DNA of 64,000 bases from NCBI GenBank assembly GCA_964188305.1, contig OZ076885.1. One strand, given 5' to 3'. How positions within the stretch are numbered: the stretch's first letter is position 1; the number at the start of each line of letters is the position of its first letter. Under the pieces are notes generated by a model, which was given only the letters and a program-made list of their open reading frames with translations, made no database searches and was not told the origin of the DNA. The stretch comes from Podarcis bocagei (Eukaryota). This document shows positions 12,727 to 24,752 of the stretch, piece after piece. The translations under genes were made by a program, and so were the position numbers.

Positions 12727-12875
12727 CTTCTTGTGCTGCTTCATGTGGTGAGAAAATCCGAGCATCGCCACAAGGAGAGGTGCTGATATAGAGATGAAAC
12801 TGTACATTTTCTCTCAATTTAAACCCGCTCCGTTCTGATTTGATAAAAATAGATTTTTGCTGATCTTCCTTACTA
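12727..12875 (-). CDS. ADARB1: ADARB1 exon (149 nt) with SPCGDARIF zinc-ligand motif
   Basis: tttcag|TAGTAAG...GAAG|gtaaga; [49 protein letters not shown]. Confidence 0.96.
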
Positions 12876-14084
12876 CTGAAACAAAGTGCAACAATGTTAT
12901 TAAAAAGGTGTTTTGGTTTTTCTAATTACAACAAGCAAGACCCAAAGTTTACCATAACTTGATTTTAACTCTTATGGTGTAATACGCTAACTGAGTCTAG
13001 GATTGTTTTTTCTTACTTAGCGGAACATTTTGCTGAGCAAGTTCCACATATAGCAGAATGTGTAGGGTCCAAGCTCCTTTGTCTAACAACCTCAAGGAGC
13101 ATTTTAATTTATCTAAGTTCTCCCTTTCCCATTCATTAAAAATTGCTGCAGAGAGAAATAAAGGTATTACATAAAAGTGGGAAGATATACAGTTTAAGAG
13201 CACTGTTTTGTATCAATCAAGGTAAGTCCAATTTGCTCCAAACATGAAAATTTCATTTAAGCCAAGGTTATAAGTTTTGTATGGTTGTTGTTTTGCTTTG
13301 TTTTGTCTTTTGCAAGGGCAATGGAATAAGATATCAAATATATACATCTGTTTCCATGTCTTATTGATCCATTTATAGTGGAAGCGTAATTAAATGAAGT
13401 CCCTAATTTGTCCAGAGGGATTAATCAGCAAAAGCTCAAATTTCCTATGATTCACTTGGAAGATCTGAAACCTCACTATGTAGTAAATCAATTGCTGCAA
13501 TGTTGGCATAGATATTGCAACAGTCAGGTATAAAACTGTTCACTGTCATATACTGCTCAATATTACCTATCTTAATTCTTGTCATCACTGCATCCTGCCT
13601 AATAGCCTCTCCAAAAGGCTTATTGAATAAGACCAAAGAGAACATTTCTGGGCCCTCCCCAAATCCGGAACTTTTTGGATCTTATACTATTGACATTAGC
13701 CTGAGCAGTTGGTTGGGCATAAAAGAACTAGATAGCCTGGAAGAAGTCAGGGCCAAATTGCATAACTCATAATGATTTTATGACAGTCTCCAGGACAAAA
13801 GTCCTCTCTGTGCCAAGTGACAATTCTGTGGACAAAATATTCTTTTGTTTACAGTAATGAAGTATATTTAGAGATAAGAATATATTATCCGCAATCTGTT
13901 TATCTGAAATAAATTTTGATCATAACTGATACAAAAGCTACTTATTATTTTGAGCTTTGAGGCTATTAAGGATGTAAACATGTTACCTTCCGCATTCAGG
14001 AGGGAGGTTTGCTGACACATCTAAACTGGGGTGCCACCCCTCCCCTGTTTGAGTACGACTGTTATTTTTGCTTCCCTCCAAATA

Positions 14085-14411
14085 CAGTGGTGCCTCGCAA
14101 GACGAAAAGAATCCATTCTGTGATTCTCTTCGTCTAGCGGTTTTTTCATCTTGCGAAGCAAGCCCATTGACGGATTAGCGGATTAGCGCTATTAGCAACT
14201 TATCTGCTGATCGGATCAGCTGATAAGCGGCTTAGCGGCTTAGAAAAAGGGGGGGAAAGGGGAAAAAAACCAGCAGGAACTCGCAAGACATTGTCGTCTT
14301 GCGAAGCAAGCCCATAGGAAATTCGTTTTGCGAAGCACCTCCAAAGCGGAAAACTCTTTCGTCTAGCGGGTTTTCCGTCTTGCAAGGCATTCGTCTTGCG
14401 GGGCACCACTG
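14085..14411. mobile_element. Tigger/pogo-like MITE family A (327 bp)
   Basis: TA|CAGTGGTGCCTCGCAAGACG...CGTCTTGCGGGGCACCACTG|TA. Confidence 0.9.
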
Positions 14412-15026
14412 TATAGGCGATCATCCCATTTTGCCTCTACATACTTTAAGGCCCCTAAATTAAAAAGCAGTTTCCAGGATGTAGCAGAGGGAGCCACTCA
14501 AAAGGAAACAGATATTTTAAAAACCAATATAAACATATAGATTTCACCCAGATGCACTTTATTTTATTTATTTGTTTGTTTCATATAATTTATAAACCAC
14601 TCAGAGGGTTTATATTCCAGCTATTCTTCTGGTCACCAATTCTGACTTTTAATGTACGCTTCAACGTAAAACAAACCATATGCTTCCAACTGTCAGTTCA
14701 GCATATGTTAAATATGAAATCTTACACATTATGAATTCTTTGAAAAATAAAAGGGCAGGATTGCACCAATGCAGGACAGTTTATGCCAAAGATGTAAAGA
14801 AATATTTATACTAATGCTAGTGTCATATCCATGTTCCAGAATAAGGCAACTAGCTATCCATTTCTGCTGATATTAGGACCCCGGCACCACTTATCTGAAG
14901 TTGCATCATCATCACAGAACCTCACAGGATCACATCCCAAGACTGTAATCCTAAGCACAATGTGATCAATGGAACTTTCTTCTGTGCTGAAAACTGGGAT
15001 GCAAGGGAATTTCTCTTTAAACTTAC

Positions 15027-15195
15027 CATAAGAGCAGTTCAAGTTGTGTATAGAGAAATTTAAGCAAGCATCTACGTGCTATAATTTCTGCATGGCAATC
15101 GTTCAATGCAAGACCACGATCACTCATATATTCTCCATTAATGCATTTTGTTCCTGTAGAAACACTTATAACCTGAGCATCCTTCACATCAGTAC
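15027..15195 (-). CDS. ADARB1: ADARB1 exon (169 nt) with catalytic zinc-binding HAE motif
   Basis: cccag|GTACT...TTATG|gtaagt; [42 protein letters not shown] (ORF 15023..15226). Confidence 0.97.
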
Positions 15196-16599
15196 CTGGG
15201 AAGACAAGTTTTAAAAGGGAAAGCATATAAAGATATTTTTAGAAGACTTGTTTGGTGAAATATGGTAGCCTTCTTGAATGTCTTCTTGAAGGTGTGGCTT
15301 GGGGGACCTTCCTGCACCAGACGACCTTCAGCTACATCCTAGTCATATATATTCTGAAGGCATACTTGGGGTGGAAATGAAGTCACACTAATATCTGTTC
15401 ATGCAACTTGGGTTGCCTTTAAAATTCTGGAACTACATAAAAATTCAGCAAAGTATTAAAAACTACAGAACCTCACATTTTGTGGTTTGAGTGTCAATTA
15501 CTCAGTTTGGGGGTGGCACAAAATGCTGGGTTTGTAGCACAAAACGTTGGCATCAGTTTGGGGGGAATCCTGAATTTGGGGGTAACACATTAATGAAGCT
15601 GTGTCTCTCCCGCCCCCCTCTTCCGCCCCCCGCCAACAAACTCCAAGAGGACTAGGTTGGGAGACTCTATCCACCCACAACGGCAATATCGCTCCATTTT
15701 CTATGTGCCTCTTCATCCAAACACCAAACCCTCCTCCCCACTCATTTACCTGCTTTGTACAAAAATTAAATAGATTTAAACAGCTGCTGCCACATGACGT
15801 TTGAGCTTAAAATTGGGGTTCTGTTTCAATCCACTAGAGATATTAGCGAACCATTAAAGCAAATGTTTTACTTTACTGGGACAGAAGATTCAATTCTAAC
15901 ACACACACAAAACCCATTTCCTCAACTTTAGTATGCTAGGAATCAATTTTTCAAAAGCTAAATTTTGAGTGCTTGTCTAATGTATGCTGGGTACTGTCTG
16001 CAGAACACTAGAAACCACGGTGAGATTGGGTTTCTTGATAGAAGCAATGCTTTCCAGAGACATTCTCTGAACACGCAATGCCCAGCCATATACACCTGGC
16101 ATCCTGTATATTTCAACTGGAAATTCCAGCCTCCGGCCTACAGTCATTGGTTACTAAAAGGGAGAGAGAGAGATTTTTCTCCCTCTTGCATAATACTAGG
16201 ATATGAGCTCATTCAACGCAGCTGAGGGTTCAACCACACTTCTGCTTGTCCTGTGCCGAGAAAGGACAGGGCTGAGCAGTTTTCTGCTTAATCTGCACTT
16301 TCTGAGTGTTTCCAGCCCTTGCCCCACTCCTTTCCCAGGCAAAACCCATCCATTAGTTTTAAATCAGAACTAATGGCAATCTGCAGAAAATCCAATTGCC
16401 CTTTGCTTCGATGGAGTGCTAAACCATGGTTTTCCCCAGAGGAAGGCAGGAGGGCAAGAGGAAGTGTGGAAGATCCAAGGCAGACAAAAGGAACATAGTT
16501 AAAGTATCAAATTCACTACCACATGATATTGTGATGGCCATCCATTTTTATGGCTTCCAAACAGCACGTGCACTACCTGCCGTGCCTCTGACTACAAGT

Positions 16600-16836
16600 C
16601 GGGAGAGGGCTGTAGTGTTTTGCTGCATGGTCTCTGTGAGAACAATGACAGAGCGGCTGCCAAGTCTCATCAAGTCCAATGACCATTCCCCCTTCCTTCT
16701 GATCCATGTGGGTACAAATGATACCACCAGATTCATGGAAGATGGAGCAAGTTTGTTTTCTGCTGCTTCAGAGTGTAGGATCCAAACCAATGAATTCAAA
16801 TTACAAGAAAGGAGACTCCAGCTCAACATTAGGAAG
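16600..16836 (+). mobile_element. CR1 LINE fragment: ORF1 esterase-like piece joined to the ORF2 C-terminal piece
   Basis: TERLPSLIKSNDHSPFLLIHVGTNDT followed directly by EDGASLFSAA...TNEFKLQERRLQLNIRK in ORF 16426..16881. Confidence 0.65.
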
Positions 16837-17288
16837 AGGCTGCAGAGCTTGCCTCACAAGAAGGAAATGAATTTTTATTAAAAATGAAAGCTATGTTTTT
16901 TGTACAAGGACACACTCCTAATATTTGCTGAGAGAGAGAACCTAAAAATGTCACTCCTCTGACAGCACGGATTCTGTCAGTGAAATGGGAAGAGAAGCCA
17001 TTTTCAATGCTTCCTCCTCCCACCTCTAAATCTGTTCCCCCACCATCTAGAAGCCTCAGCACTACCTGAGCAACACCTCTTGATACAACCTGTTATATTT
17101 AGAGACAAGCAGTTTGGATTAAATTTCATAATCCTATTTTATGAATGAAGACATCTCAGTATTTTAAAGCAATCGAAACTATATATGAAATGTAAATATT
17201 CATTCACCTTTACCATTTTATTTTGTAAAAACAACAGAGGACAAAAGGCTGTATCAGTTGGGGAGGCATGTTTTTGGTTTGTTTTTAC

Positions 17289-17403
17289 CTGTTGTCATGA
17301 CTACTCCAGATAGCACTTTTCTACGTGCATGGGGCGATGTAAAATTATCTGTCAAATCGCTGAATTTATCTACCACCAAGCGTGCAACAGCATCAGCTAA
17401 AAC
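17289..17403 (-). CDS. ADARB1: ADARB1 exon (115 nt), start of deaminase domain VLADAVARLVVDKFSDLTDNFTSPHARRKVLSGVVMTT
   Basis: ttgcag|GTT...ACAG|gtaaa; manual translation matches ADAR2; phase 0 in, phase 1 out. Confidence 0.96.
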
Positions 17404-18748
17404 CTGCAAAAATCACACAAATATATTGGACAATTCATCAAAACAGAGCTGCCTTTAAAACATTTCAAAATGGATTTAAAAACCTGTATGGTATTTTTAT
17501 TTAATTAGTTATTAAAGTTCTATACTGCTGTTCATCCAAGGATCACAGGGAATCTTTGTAATATTTACTAGAATTGATTGGTGCTGTTGTTTCGAATTAC
17601 TGCTGATTCAAAGTGTTGAAGAGTTTATATCCATGCCCTTCAGGCATCTCTACAAACTATACTGCGTTTTTATGGAAGCCCTTAGTGCTGATCATGGAAC
17701 AGATAATTTTAAATTCAGGGAGTGAGGCTGCATGCACAACATTCAATTTTTAACTAGGCTCTAGCCTTCATTATGAGATCTTCTGTAGAAAATTTGAGGT
17801 ATCTAAGATGGTATTTCCATGGAACGCATCCATAATTGGCTTGTAAAGCATATTCAAAGGGTAAGAACTAATGGAATTCAAACCAGAAAGTTGTACCAAG
17901 TGGTGTTCCATTGAGGTTGGTCTTGAGTCCATTATCATTCATTACATTCATTAGTGACTTGAATGGAGTGAACAGTACCGCAACCAGATCTGCAGAGAAT
18001 GCCAAATTTGGAGGGATTGCAAATACTTTGGTGGATCATGTAAGTTTATAATATATATATAGATATATATATAACAGAAACTGAAAAGCCAAGCAGACTA
18101 CAATAAAGCATAAACTGAACATATTAAATATAAATATATAGAAAAAGACACTGAGTCATAAAGTGGTAACTCTTTGGCTAGACATTAAGACCAGCAATAA
18201 GGATTTTGAGATTAAAGTGAATTGTAAACTGAGTACAAATTAAACGTATGCTTTGGGGGTAAACTGTGCCTTGTATGTAGAATTATACAAATTTATGGGT
18301 GACATGCAACTGAGAAGAGTCTTCGTTGCTTGAGGAATAGGTTGGAGAAGGGTTTAGATCTAGGATCTCCTGTCTCATAATGTAATCTTACATTGCCTGA
18401 CCCTTAAGGATCCCTTGCATTATGCGAGAGCGGCATAAATATACCTTCTAAATATACCTGTTATAATAGGATTCAAATTTAATTTGCAGGAGATTTTAAG
18501 CCTCTTTAAAAGTGATTAAAAAAACCACTCACTTTAAGAACTGGGCCATTGTCGGACTTCCCAACAATCTATGATTGATCTGGAATATTCTAAATTAACA
18601 TTCTTGAAAGGATAAAAACAATTGGTATTAGTTAGAGAAGTTTACAATCTGAAACAGGTGGGGAACCTTTTCTAGCTCGAGGGCTGCATTCCCTTCTGAG
18701 TCACTTTCCAGAGAAATTTGTTTTAAAGGCTGAGTACATTTTTAGGAA

Positions 18749-19094
18749 GGGATGCGGGTGGCGCTGTGGGTTAAACCACAGAGCCTAGGACTTGCCGATC
18801 AGAAGGTTCGCGGTTCGAATCCCCGTGACGGGGTGAGCTCCCGTTGCTCGGTCCCTGCTCCTGCCAACCTAGCAGTTCAAAAGCACGTCAAAGTGCAAGT
18901 AGATAAATAGGTACCGCTCCAGTGGGAAGGTAAACGGCGTTTCTGTTCGCTGCTCTGGTTCGCCAGAAGCGGCTTAGTCATGCTGGCCACATGACCCGGC
19001 TGTACGCCGGCTCCCTCCGCCAGTAAAGCGAGATGAGCACTGCAACCCCAGAGTCGGCCACGACTGGACCTAATGGTCAGAGGTCCCTTTACCT
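18749..19094 (+). mobile_element. Full-length Sauria SINE with TSD
   Basis: tRNA-like head (ggtggcgctgtgggttaa, ggttcgaatccc), core cctgccaacctagcagttc..gtgcaagtagataaataggtacc, 3' ccctttacctt; tacatttttagg duplicated at 18735-18746 and 19095-19106. Confidence 0.9.
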
Positions 19095-19300
19095 TACATT
19101 TTTAGGGGGGGGTTAAAACAAAAGCATAAAGTGAGTGGAAAAGTTTCATGTAAATTCTCTCTGATTGTTTGGATTCCACTACTACTCACACTATCATTTA
19201 CACAGCACTCTTAATTTATAGTCACAGCAGCCATACGTAGGCTATAGTATGGGCACAAAAAATAGTGTGACAAATGGAATTAAGGTCACTTAACATACTA

Positions 19301-19607
19301 CCGTGTATTTCCATGTATAAGATGACCATTTTCTTGAAAATCTTTCGTGATAAATTGGAGGTCATCTTATACATGGGTTAATGTGGTAAGTAAGCAAGGG
19401 CTGGTGGAGCTGCGGCAGTAGCAGGGGACGGAGGCAAAGCGGCTGCTTGCCCGCTCTTCTCGGTTTAGGAAGAGTACATGGTGAGTCCTCTACAAACTTA
19501 CAAAAGATACTCAACAACTGTTTTTGCAATTTCCCCCAAAAATCCCAACTTTCTTAATTTTTAAATTTCTTAATTTGGCGCTCCCCAAAATACACGGAAA
19601 AATACGG
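19301..19607. mobile_element. Tc2/pogo-like MITE (degenerate)
   Basis: TA|CCGTGTATTTCCATGTAT...ATACACGGAAAAATACGG|TA. Confidence 0.6.
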
Positions 19608-21562
19608 TATTTACCAGGAAATCAATATGACCTATGTTCACTTTCATTCTTTTCAAACTGAATCAGGAGCTTTATAGGCTTCAAAGAGTTTGTATAAAAA
19701 TACTTAACAGCTATTGCCTCTCCATCTTCCCAAACCTGTGGCTAATGTATGCAGAAGGAAGACTGAGACGACAATTGGAGGAGGCAGTGCCTGCAGACAG
19801 CTCCCATGGCAGCTGACTCCATGAGATCTAGAAGGGGGCATCAGAAGGTCACTTCCCACTGACCCCTCCTGCAGGATCTTGTTCCCTAACCCCTGTAAGT
19901 TTTCCATTGTTCTTTCTACCTCCCCCGAATTCCAGTACTTAGTTGCTCTGACTGGTCATCCTGGTTGCTTATTTTCTCTCTCTCTTCATGTTGCCTATTT
20001 CTGACCTTCAGTTGCGATGTGCGGTTAATGGTGCTCAGGCAGTGATGTCTGATAACCTCAGGTACCACAGCATTGTGCAAGCTAGGTTTGGGAATCGGAG
20101 CAGAGTGTGGGTTCACCACATGCTTCCTTTGGAGGCCTGCTTTGACAGCACAGGTGTATTGTGTTCAGCTAAGACAGATCTATGAGCAACACTGCACTGA
20201 ACTGGAGGAATTAAAAATGCTACCTACCACAAGTTTCTTGATCCAGCAAGATGGTGGAGGCAATGCTCATAGTTTCATTGCTTCCAGGATCCCTAGTCTC
20301 CCCTCTACAAAGGCAAGGTAGCCATACAGTGGGAAGATGAGTGGCACCACAGAAAGTATGAGCACTAATTTCTCTCATAAAATTGCATGTAGCACTGCAT
20401 TCTATAAAAAATAGAGCAAAGTATACTACAGTATATGGACATTGTTAGAATGGGATCAAAACCTGCCCCCAAACATTGGAGTGTCAGGAATAGGGACATA
20501 TTTGTCTCCTGCAGAGACCATGGAATAAAATAAGGGGTGGTATCCAACTAAAAACTTCTGCTAGCGCAAGGACTTTTGGCCATGCAATAAAACTTCCTCT
20601 CCCTCTCCTCTCCCCACATATCCTCCTTAAATCTGTTCTGGGGGTTCCCTCAGTCCTTCAGAACAGATGTAGGGAGGGAGCAGGAGTAGAGGAGTGGGAG
20701 GGAAGCTCCACTGAACAGGCAGAAGTCCTTGCACTCAGGGAAAAATATGGCTAGGCACTGCCCAAGGGTTGAACCATTAACAGGGTCCAGTGGGTGGGTG
20801 GCTTTTTTCAACTCTACCGTGAGCAGTTGGGGGAACAATGTGCCTATGTGTGATTCTTTACCATCTTCCTCAGAAGAAAATGACAGTCTTTCACCTCAAG
20901 CGAGAACTTTAAAGGGGTGCCCTCAGGGTCTGTGTTGGACTAGAGGCAAACACTATCTATTGAACAGACTTGTCTCTGATGGCAGAGCTCCCAGTGTATG
21001 GATGGGGCGAAGGGGGGCTGCTACTAATGTCAGAGGTACAGCGGTATACCAGTGTAGTTAGCCCTTAAAAGATGTTGTTGCCTAGGTAAGTCACACCAAT
21101 CCTTGCCTCTGTATATCCAGTTCTGTGTAGCAGAAACTCCTTTCTGCAGAGCTGCACATTGCTATTATACAAGGCAATGGTGGCTCATCAGCAAAACAGC
21201 CCTGCTGCATTGGAAATACATCACCTTATAATGCCAGGGAAATGCTACAGTTCGTGACATTGCAATGATGTGCAGTTCATGTATACTGCATTCTGCTTCA
21301 CCTGCTCATTCAGTCAAATCATACATTAGGTTAACTTAATTTCTCAGGAAGTATAAAATATTCTGCCCATTCACAGCATCAAACATAAGAGAATTAGCAG
21401 TATAACTGGATATTTTGTACCGCTGCCAGAAATAACACACTGAAGGAACCCAAATACAACAAAAACCTATTTAAGCACTGTTAAAACGAAAGGTTGTAAC
21501 TTCAGTATTTTTTAATTAACTCATTAGCCCATTCTAACACATAAAGGGAAATGTTTTCTCAC

Positions 21563-22491
21563 CTGAGGCAGGTGTAACTGAAGTCCTTCACTAGGAATAG
21601 GTTGGTGAGATGGTGTTTGATCCAACTGCATGTTAAACAAGGATGCAAGAGCTGACTGAGCAGCCCGTGCTTTTGCAAGTTTTTTGTTTCTTCCAGATCC
21701 TTCAAACGTTTGGCCATCCACTGACACAGCCATTACAAAATTCTTAGCGTGACTCTCTCCACTTTCTGAGAGAAATTCATACTTTAAGCCTGGTCGAAGT
21801 TCATTCAGTATCATGACTGGATTCTTCCCACTTGTTGAGGGGTATGGTGATGGAGTAGGGAGAGACGACTGTACAAGGCTACAGGCCGCAGAAGATGACA
21901 AATTATAGTCTGCACTGGAGCTAAAGGAACCATCTCCGTTGGAATCCAGATAAAAGGAAAGATCAGACTGGGCGGGGTTTTCAAAGCCATTGAAGAGGGT
22001 ATCTGGGAAATCTGCCTGATCAGAGGTGAAGTCCGTATTTACGGAAAGAGTTCTTCCCATGGCAAGATGTGCTTCGGAAGCATTTGGAAACTGAACAAAG
22101 GACCTTAGGGCCTTCTCAGCTGCATGGAGCTTGGCTTTCTTTTTTGTAGGGCCGGAGCCTTCAAACAGCTGCCCATTAACCTCTACTGCCATCACAAAAA
22201 TAGGGGCATGAACGGGTCCTGTTTGGGAGAGAAGCTTGTATTGCAAGCCAGGCTTGATTTCATTCAGCTGCATGAGAGCATTTTTGGGCAAGACCGGCCC
22301 TGGTGTTTTCTTCCTTTTCTTTGTGCGGAACTTGGCGTGGCCATTGCTTCCCTCTTCCAAGGGTCGTTTCCTGCTGCCAGCGCCACCACCATTGGAGAGC
22401 TGGTTCCCCTCTCCGGCGCCTTGCACACTCCCATCTTTAGGTGAAATGTTGTCCATGTTGCGGTTCTCTTTAACATCAATGCTGCCTGAAC
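21563..22491 (-). CDS. ADARB1: ADARB1 large exon (929 nt): basic NLS-like segment and both dsRNA-binding domains
   Basis: cacag|GTTCAGGC...CCTCAG|gtgag. Translation includes [22 protein letters not shown]...[18 protein letters not shown] and [19 protein letters not shown]...[18 protein letters not shown] (ORF 21524..22456). Confidence 0.98.
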
Positions 22492-22540
22492 CTGTGGTGC
22501 CCAGAAAGAGTAACTTACAATGCCTTCGTTGCAGGACCTT
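22492..22540 (-). promoter_or_regulatory. ADARB1: ADAR2 auto-editing cassette: AA pseudo-acceptor (22540-22539) plus 47-nt alternative extension (22538-22492)
   Basis: ttacatttacaa|GGTCCTGCAACGAAGGCATTGTAAGTTACTCTTTCTGGGCACCACAG|GTT: exactly 47 nt between the AA and the normal acceptor, closely resembling the mammalian self-editing cassette as I recall it. Confidence 0.9.
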
Positions 22541-23182
22541 GTAAATGTAAAATTTACAGATTCCTTTATCTATCTTTGCAACTGGTTAAGTGATGTGTGC
22601 TCAAATAGTAATATCTTTATTAGGTGTAATAGGCAACTCAGAAACATACACTGAGTAAATATTCAGACATCTGATATTGGCATATGCTGATAAAAAGTTT
22701 TAATTCTGCACCAAAACACCTATTAGTATTTATATGTTAAATTACCCTCCCTAATTCTAAAACAAAAATAAATGAGCCAGTAACTGCCAAAATGTTGTAA
22801 CCCCAATTTACATTCATTTAATATCCAATTAACCTCAAACATCAGAATCCACAGGGCAATCACTTAAGATTATCTATGCAGGTAATATCAGGCACCTGCT
22901 CATCTGTATATTGAGGAAGATCCCTCTTCCTTTGAGAAAAGGAGAGTATACTATTTCTTGCCTGCAAACATTCAAGTTATTGACTTATACAGTAAAACCT
23001 GCTTTGTGCTTTATGTGGTAGTCATGTTACACGGGTGCTCCAGAGCAGACAACTCCAGAAGTAAGCTGAATGCAGGATCGCTGTTTAAACAAAGGGCTGG
23101 TTTACAGGTGACACTAAAGAATGAAGTTTCTAAACCAGAAACTTCAAATCACAGGTTAAGAACCAGGCTTGTTTAACTAATC

Positions 23183-23318
23183 CAGCCATAGGCAAACTCG
23201 GCCCTCCAGATGTTTTGGGACTACAATTCCCATCATCCCTGACCACTGGTCCTGCTAGCTAGGGATCATGGGAGTTGTAGGCCAAAAATATCTGGAGGGC
23301 CAAGTTTGCCTATGCCTG
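23183..23318. mobile_element. hAT MITE (136 bp, almost fully palindromic)
   Basis: 8-bp TSD aactaatc at 23175-23182 and 23319-23326; TIR cagccataggcaaact/agtttgcctatgcctg. Confidence 0.9.
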
Positions 23319-24571
23319 AACTAATCAGAACTCGTTTTAAACTACGGTCTAAACCAGGATATTTTGAAAATAGACGCTGCCAAGTCCTTCTGCCAGCCAT
23401 GCAAGAGGAGAAGGAAGCTCAGACGCATTCCAATTTGTGCACCTAGGGCTAAAGCATGGTTTAGCATTATGTGCACCATAGCCCTGTCTGTGGTTAGCGG
23501 AGTAAGGGAAACTGAAAGTAAAGGCTCCCAAAGTCCTCCTCCCTGCCCATGCGCAGAGTGCTCCATGGTGAAACGTTACATCTGAATGCAGTGAATATGC
23601 GGAAGGCAAACTGGGTGAACATGTTCTCTAAAGATATTGAGGGAGCAAGAACATGGCAGAAAGCCAAGTCCCTGACACTGAGTGCTCATAGGCATTTGAC
23701 ACCTGCATGCGTGGAAGTCCCTTCACCTTGATTCTGAATGTGCAGCTGCCAGAGGGCAGACCAGAAGACAGTGGCGTGCTGGAACAGCCTCATGTGCTGG
23801 GTGGATGTTTGAGGCAGGTCACTGAAACACCCTTAAATTCATATCCCTGAATATACAGCGGGCATCTTTCTTATAAACCCACTACCATGTAGCAGGTAAA
23901 CATATTCTAAGTAAATAGTATTTATGACATTTACATTTCTAAACACAAATCCCAACATATGTAGTGGAGTTCTCTGTTATAATCTCACTGTCATGTAATG
24001 TGCAAAGGTGTTCCAATTAGAGATTTTGTAGTGGACTTAAAGATAAGATAGATCTATCTATTTGTAGCTTTCAGCATCCATCTGAAGGTACAAACCTGCG
24101 GGGATGGAAGAGTAAAATAGGGTCTTTAAAAACCCCAGCCTCCACCCCAACCCCATGACACAAAGGTGCTGTAGAAGGATGCACACAGACATGTCTTTCA
24201 TGTCACTGGTAGGAGAGGATACTTTTCTCTCAGCTCAATTCTCCCACCCCATGATTGCTTCGGCAGTGGAGGGGGGCCTCCCTTCACCACCAAAGTTGGG
24301 CCCAAGCCCACTGCAATAATCAATTATTGGAATCCACCCCACCCCCCAGAAAACAAACTCTCATACCTTGTTCATCAGCAATTATATGCCATTTCCTATT
24401 GGAACCCCCTACTGTTACAAACTGCTGCTCAGCCACAGTCACATATAAAGCTACTAAATAAATAAACAAGACACTACTTTGAAGCAGGTAGATGGAATAT
24501 GTAAACTTCAAATTCTAAAAGACTAGAATTCCAACTGTCCTACTAACCAACTAGGCACCTTATCATAAATA

Positions 24572-24752
24572 CAGGCAATCTTCATTTTGCGCGGGGCTAC
24601 ATTCCAGATCCCTGCGCATGTCGGCGGGGCCCGCGTAAAGCGTTCTGTCCCTGCCCCGTCCTCATTCCACCCTTTTAGTGACGTTCTAGGGTCACTTCCG
24701 GGTTGGGCTCCGTGCATGTGTGAGCGATTGCGTGTCAGTCGGGAGTTGCCTG
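24572..24752. mobile_element. CpG-rich TA-flanked MITE, ends related to 7106-7302
   Basis: TA|CAGGCAATCTTC...GGGAGTTGCCTG|TA. Confidence 0.6.

Noticed and set aside
18749-18830. tRNA gene (A and B boxes)
   Set aside because: It is the tRNA-derived head of a Sauria SINE, continuous with the SINE body and TSD.
22124-22544. Plus-strand ORFs overlapping the dsRBD exon
   Set aside because: Antisense shadows of a real coding exon with no recognisable protein features.
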